DNA from: the human T2T-CHM13v2.0 reference genome, Homo sapiens
Reading direction: 5' to 3' (one strand)
Length of the DNA stretch: 64,000 nucleotides
Assembly: GCF_009914755.1 (NCBI RefSeq)
Contig: NC_060944.1
Positions 63,028 to 64,000 of the stretch are shown here, in pieces. Position 1 is the first letter of the stretch. Every line of letters starts with the position of its first letter. Both the position numbers and the translations under genes were made by a program. The notes under the pieces were generated by a model that saw nothing but the letters and a program-made list of their open reading frames with translations, did not search any database and had not been told where the DNA came from.

Positions 63028-64000
63028 CATTCTCAGAAGTTTATTTGTGATGTGTGCCCTCAACTAACAGAGTTGAACCTTTCTTTTGATAGAGCAGTTT
63101 TGAAACACTCTTTTTGTAAAATCTGCAAGAGGATATTTGGATAGCTTTGAGGATTTCGTTGCAAACGGGAATGGCTTCATATAAACTCTAGACAGAAGCA
63201 TTCTCAGAAACTTCGTTGGGATGTTTCGATTGAAGACCCAGTGTTGAACATTCCCTTTTATAGAGCAGGTTGGAAACACTCTTTCTGCATTCCCTGGAAG
63301 TGGACATTTGGAGCGCTTTCAGGACGACGGTGAAAATGGAAATATCTTCCAAGAAAATCTAGATAGAAGCAATGTCAGAAACTTTTCTGTGATGGATCTA
63401 CTCAGCTAACAGAGTTGAACCTTTCTTTTGAGAGAGCAGTTTTGCAACACTCTTTTTGTGGAATATGCAAGTGGATATTAGGGCAGCTTTGAGGATTTCG
63501 TTGGAAACGGGAATACATGTAAAAAGCAGACAGCAGCATTCTCAGAAACTTCTTTGTGATGTTTGCATTGAAGTCACAGAGTTGAACATTCCCTTTGAGA
63601 GAGCAGGTTTGAAACACGCCTTTTGTCATATCTGGAAGTGTCCATTCGGAGCGCATTCAGGCTTGTGTTGAAAAAGGAAATATCCTCCCATAAAAACTAG
63701 ACAGAAGCATTCTCAGAAACTTATCTGTGATGTATGTACTCAACTAACAGAACTAAACCATCGTTTTGAAGGAGCAGTTTTGAAACACTCTTTTTGCGGA
63801 ATCTGCAAGTGGATATTTGGCTAGCTGGGAGGATTTCGTTGGAAACGGGATTACATACAAAAAGCAGACAGCAGCATTCTCAGAAACTTCTTTGTGATGT
63901 TTGCATTCAAGTCACAGAGTTGAACATTCCCTTTCATAGAGCAGGTTTGAAACACTCTTTTTGTAGTATCTGGATGTGGACATTTGGATCGCTTTCAGGC
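63028..64000 (+). repeat. HOR23: partial copy (m1 to part of m6), truncated by window end
   Basis: Starts with CATTCTCAGAAGTTTATT; carries the GAAGACCCA variant (63236) shared with HOR21. Confidence 0.95.

Larger units (their letters stand above)
1..64000 (+). repeat. Alpha satellite (alphoid) centromeric HOR array, SF2-like dimeric organisation; probably human chr20 D20Z2 (S2C20H1L)
   Basis: Tandem ~171-bp monomers (CATTCTCAGAAACTT...TAGACAGAAG) run end to end. Monomers with TTTCGTTGGAAACGGGA (CENP-B box) alternate with monomers carrying GGTGAAAAAGGAAATATC (A-type box). Identical ORF-track entries recur at 2719/2720/3060/3061-bp steps. Alpha satellite identity is certain. The SF2 and D20Z2 labels rest on recalled consensus similarity and the dimeric 16-mer of 2719 bp (about 0.75 confidence for the chromosome). 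Confidence 0.99.

Noticed and set aside
168-63671. About 160 short ORFs (61-84 aa) on both strands
   Set aside because: They are seven translations recurring once per HOR and are mutually similar because they read through homologous monomers. They overlap on opposite strands, many begin at non-ATG codons, and none resembles a known domain. They were useful only as positional markers.
1-64000. CRISPR-like regular repeat (AGACAGAAGCATTCTCAGAAAC every ~171 bp)
   Set aside because: The intervening sequence is itself homologous satellite rather than unique spacers, the period is far too long, and no cas genes are present.
1-64000. Transposon insertion, inversion or non-satellite island
   Set aside because: All HOR spacings are explained by 2719, +1, +341 or +342 bp. 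Orientation never changes, and there is no poly-A tail, target-site duplication or foreign sequence.
1-64000. Synthetic or Markov-model centromere sequence
   Set aside because: Rare variants stay in phase over ~18 kb and show nested duplication order, which a short-memory monomer model would not produce. A local assembly error still cannot be excluded without reads.
1-64000. Promoter-, polyA- or terminator-like motifs (TATAAA, AATAAA, T-runs) and short dyads
   Set aside because: They are intrinsic to the AT-rich alpha monomer and recur in each HOR, with no independent evidence of function.
1-64000. Location of the kinetochore / centromere dip region
   Set aside because: It is defined epigenetically (CENP-A, hypomethylation) and cannot be read from sequence. 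High homogeneity and dense CENP-B boxes only indicate an active-type array.

Overview
The whole 64 kb is one uninterrupted, single-orientation array of primate (human-type) centromeric alpha satellite. It is made of ~171-bp monomers in strict A/B alternation, with a CENP-B-box position in every second monomer. The monomer sequences resemble suprachromosomal family 2 (D1/D2 dimer). The basic higher-order repeat (HOR) is a 16-mer of 2719 bp. This best fits the active chromosome 20 array D20Z2 (S2C20H1L), an assignment made from recall and not searched. There are 22 complete HOR copies (numbered here HOR1-22 from position 132, monomers m1-m16) plus partial copies at both ends. Thirteen are 16-mers (2719/2720 bp) and nine are 18-mers (3060/3061 bp). 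No genes, transposons, inversions or CRISPR arrays are seen, and all ORFs are satellite artefacts. The interest is structural. (1) A recent ~22.8-kb (8-HOR) tandem duplication has one copy that later gained a further single HOR. (2) The 18-mers fall into three classes with different breakpoints in monomers 11-14, and these differ in whether they add an intact or a dead CENP-B box. (3) The 16-mer has an ancestral 6+6+2+2 substructure. (4) There are patches of divergent haplotype and apparent gene conversion. I found no new protein or RNA system. All variant calls were read by eye.
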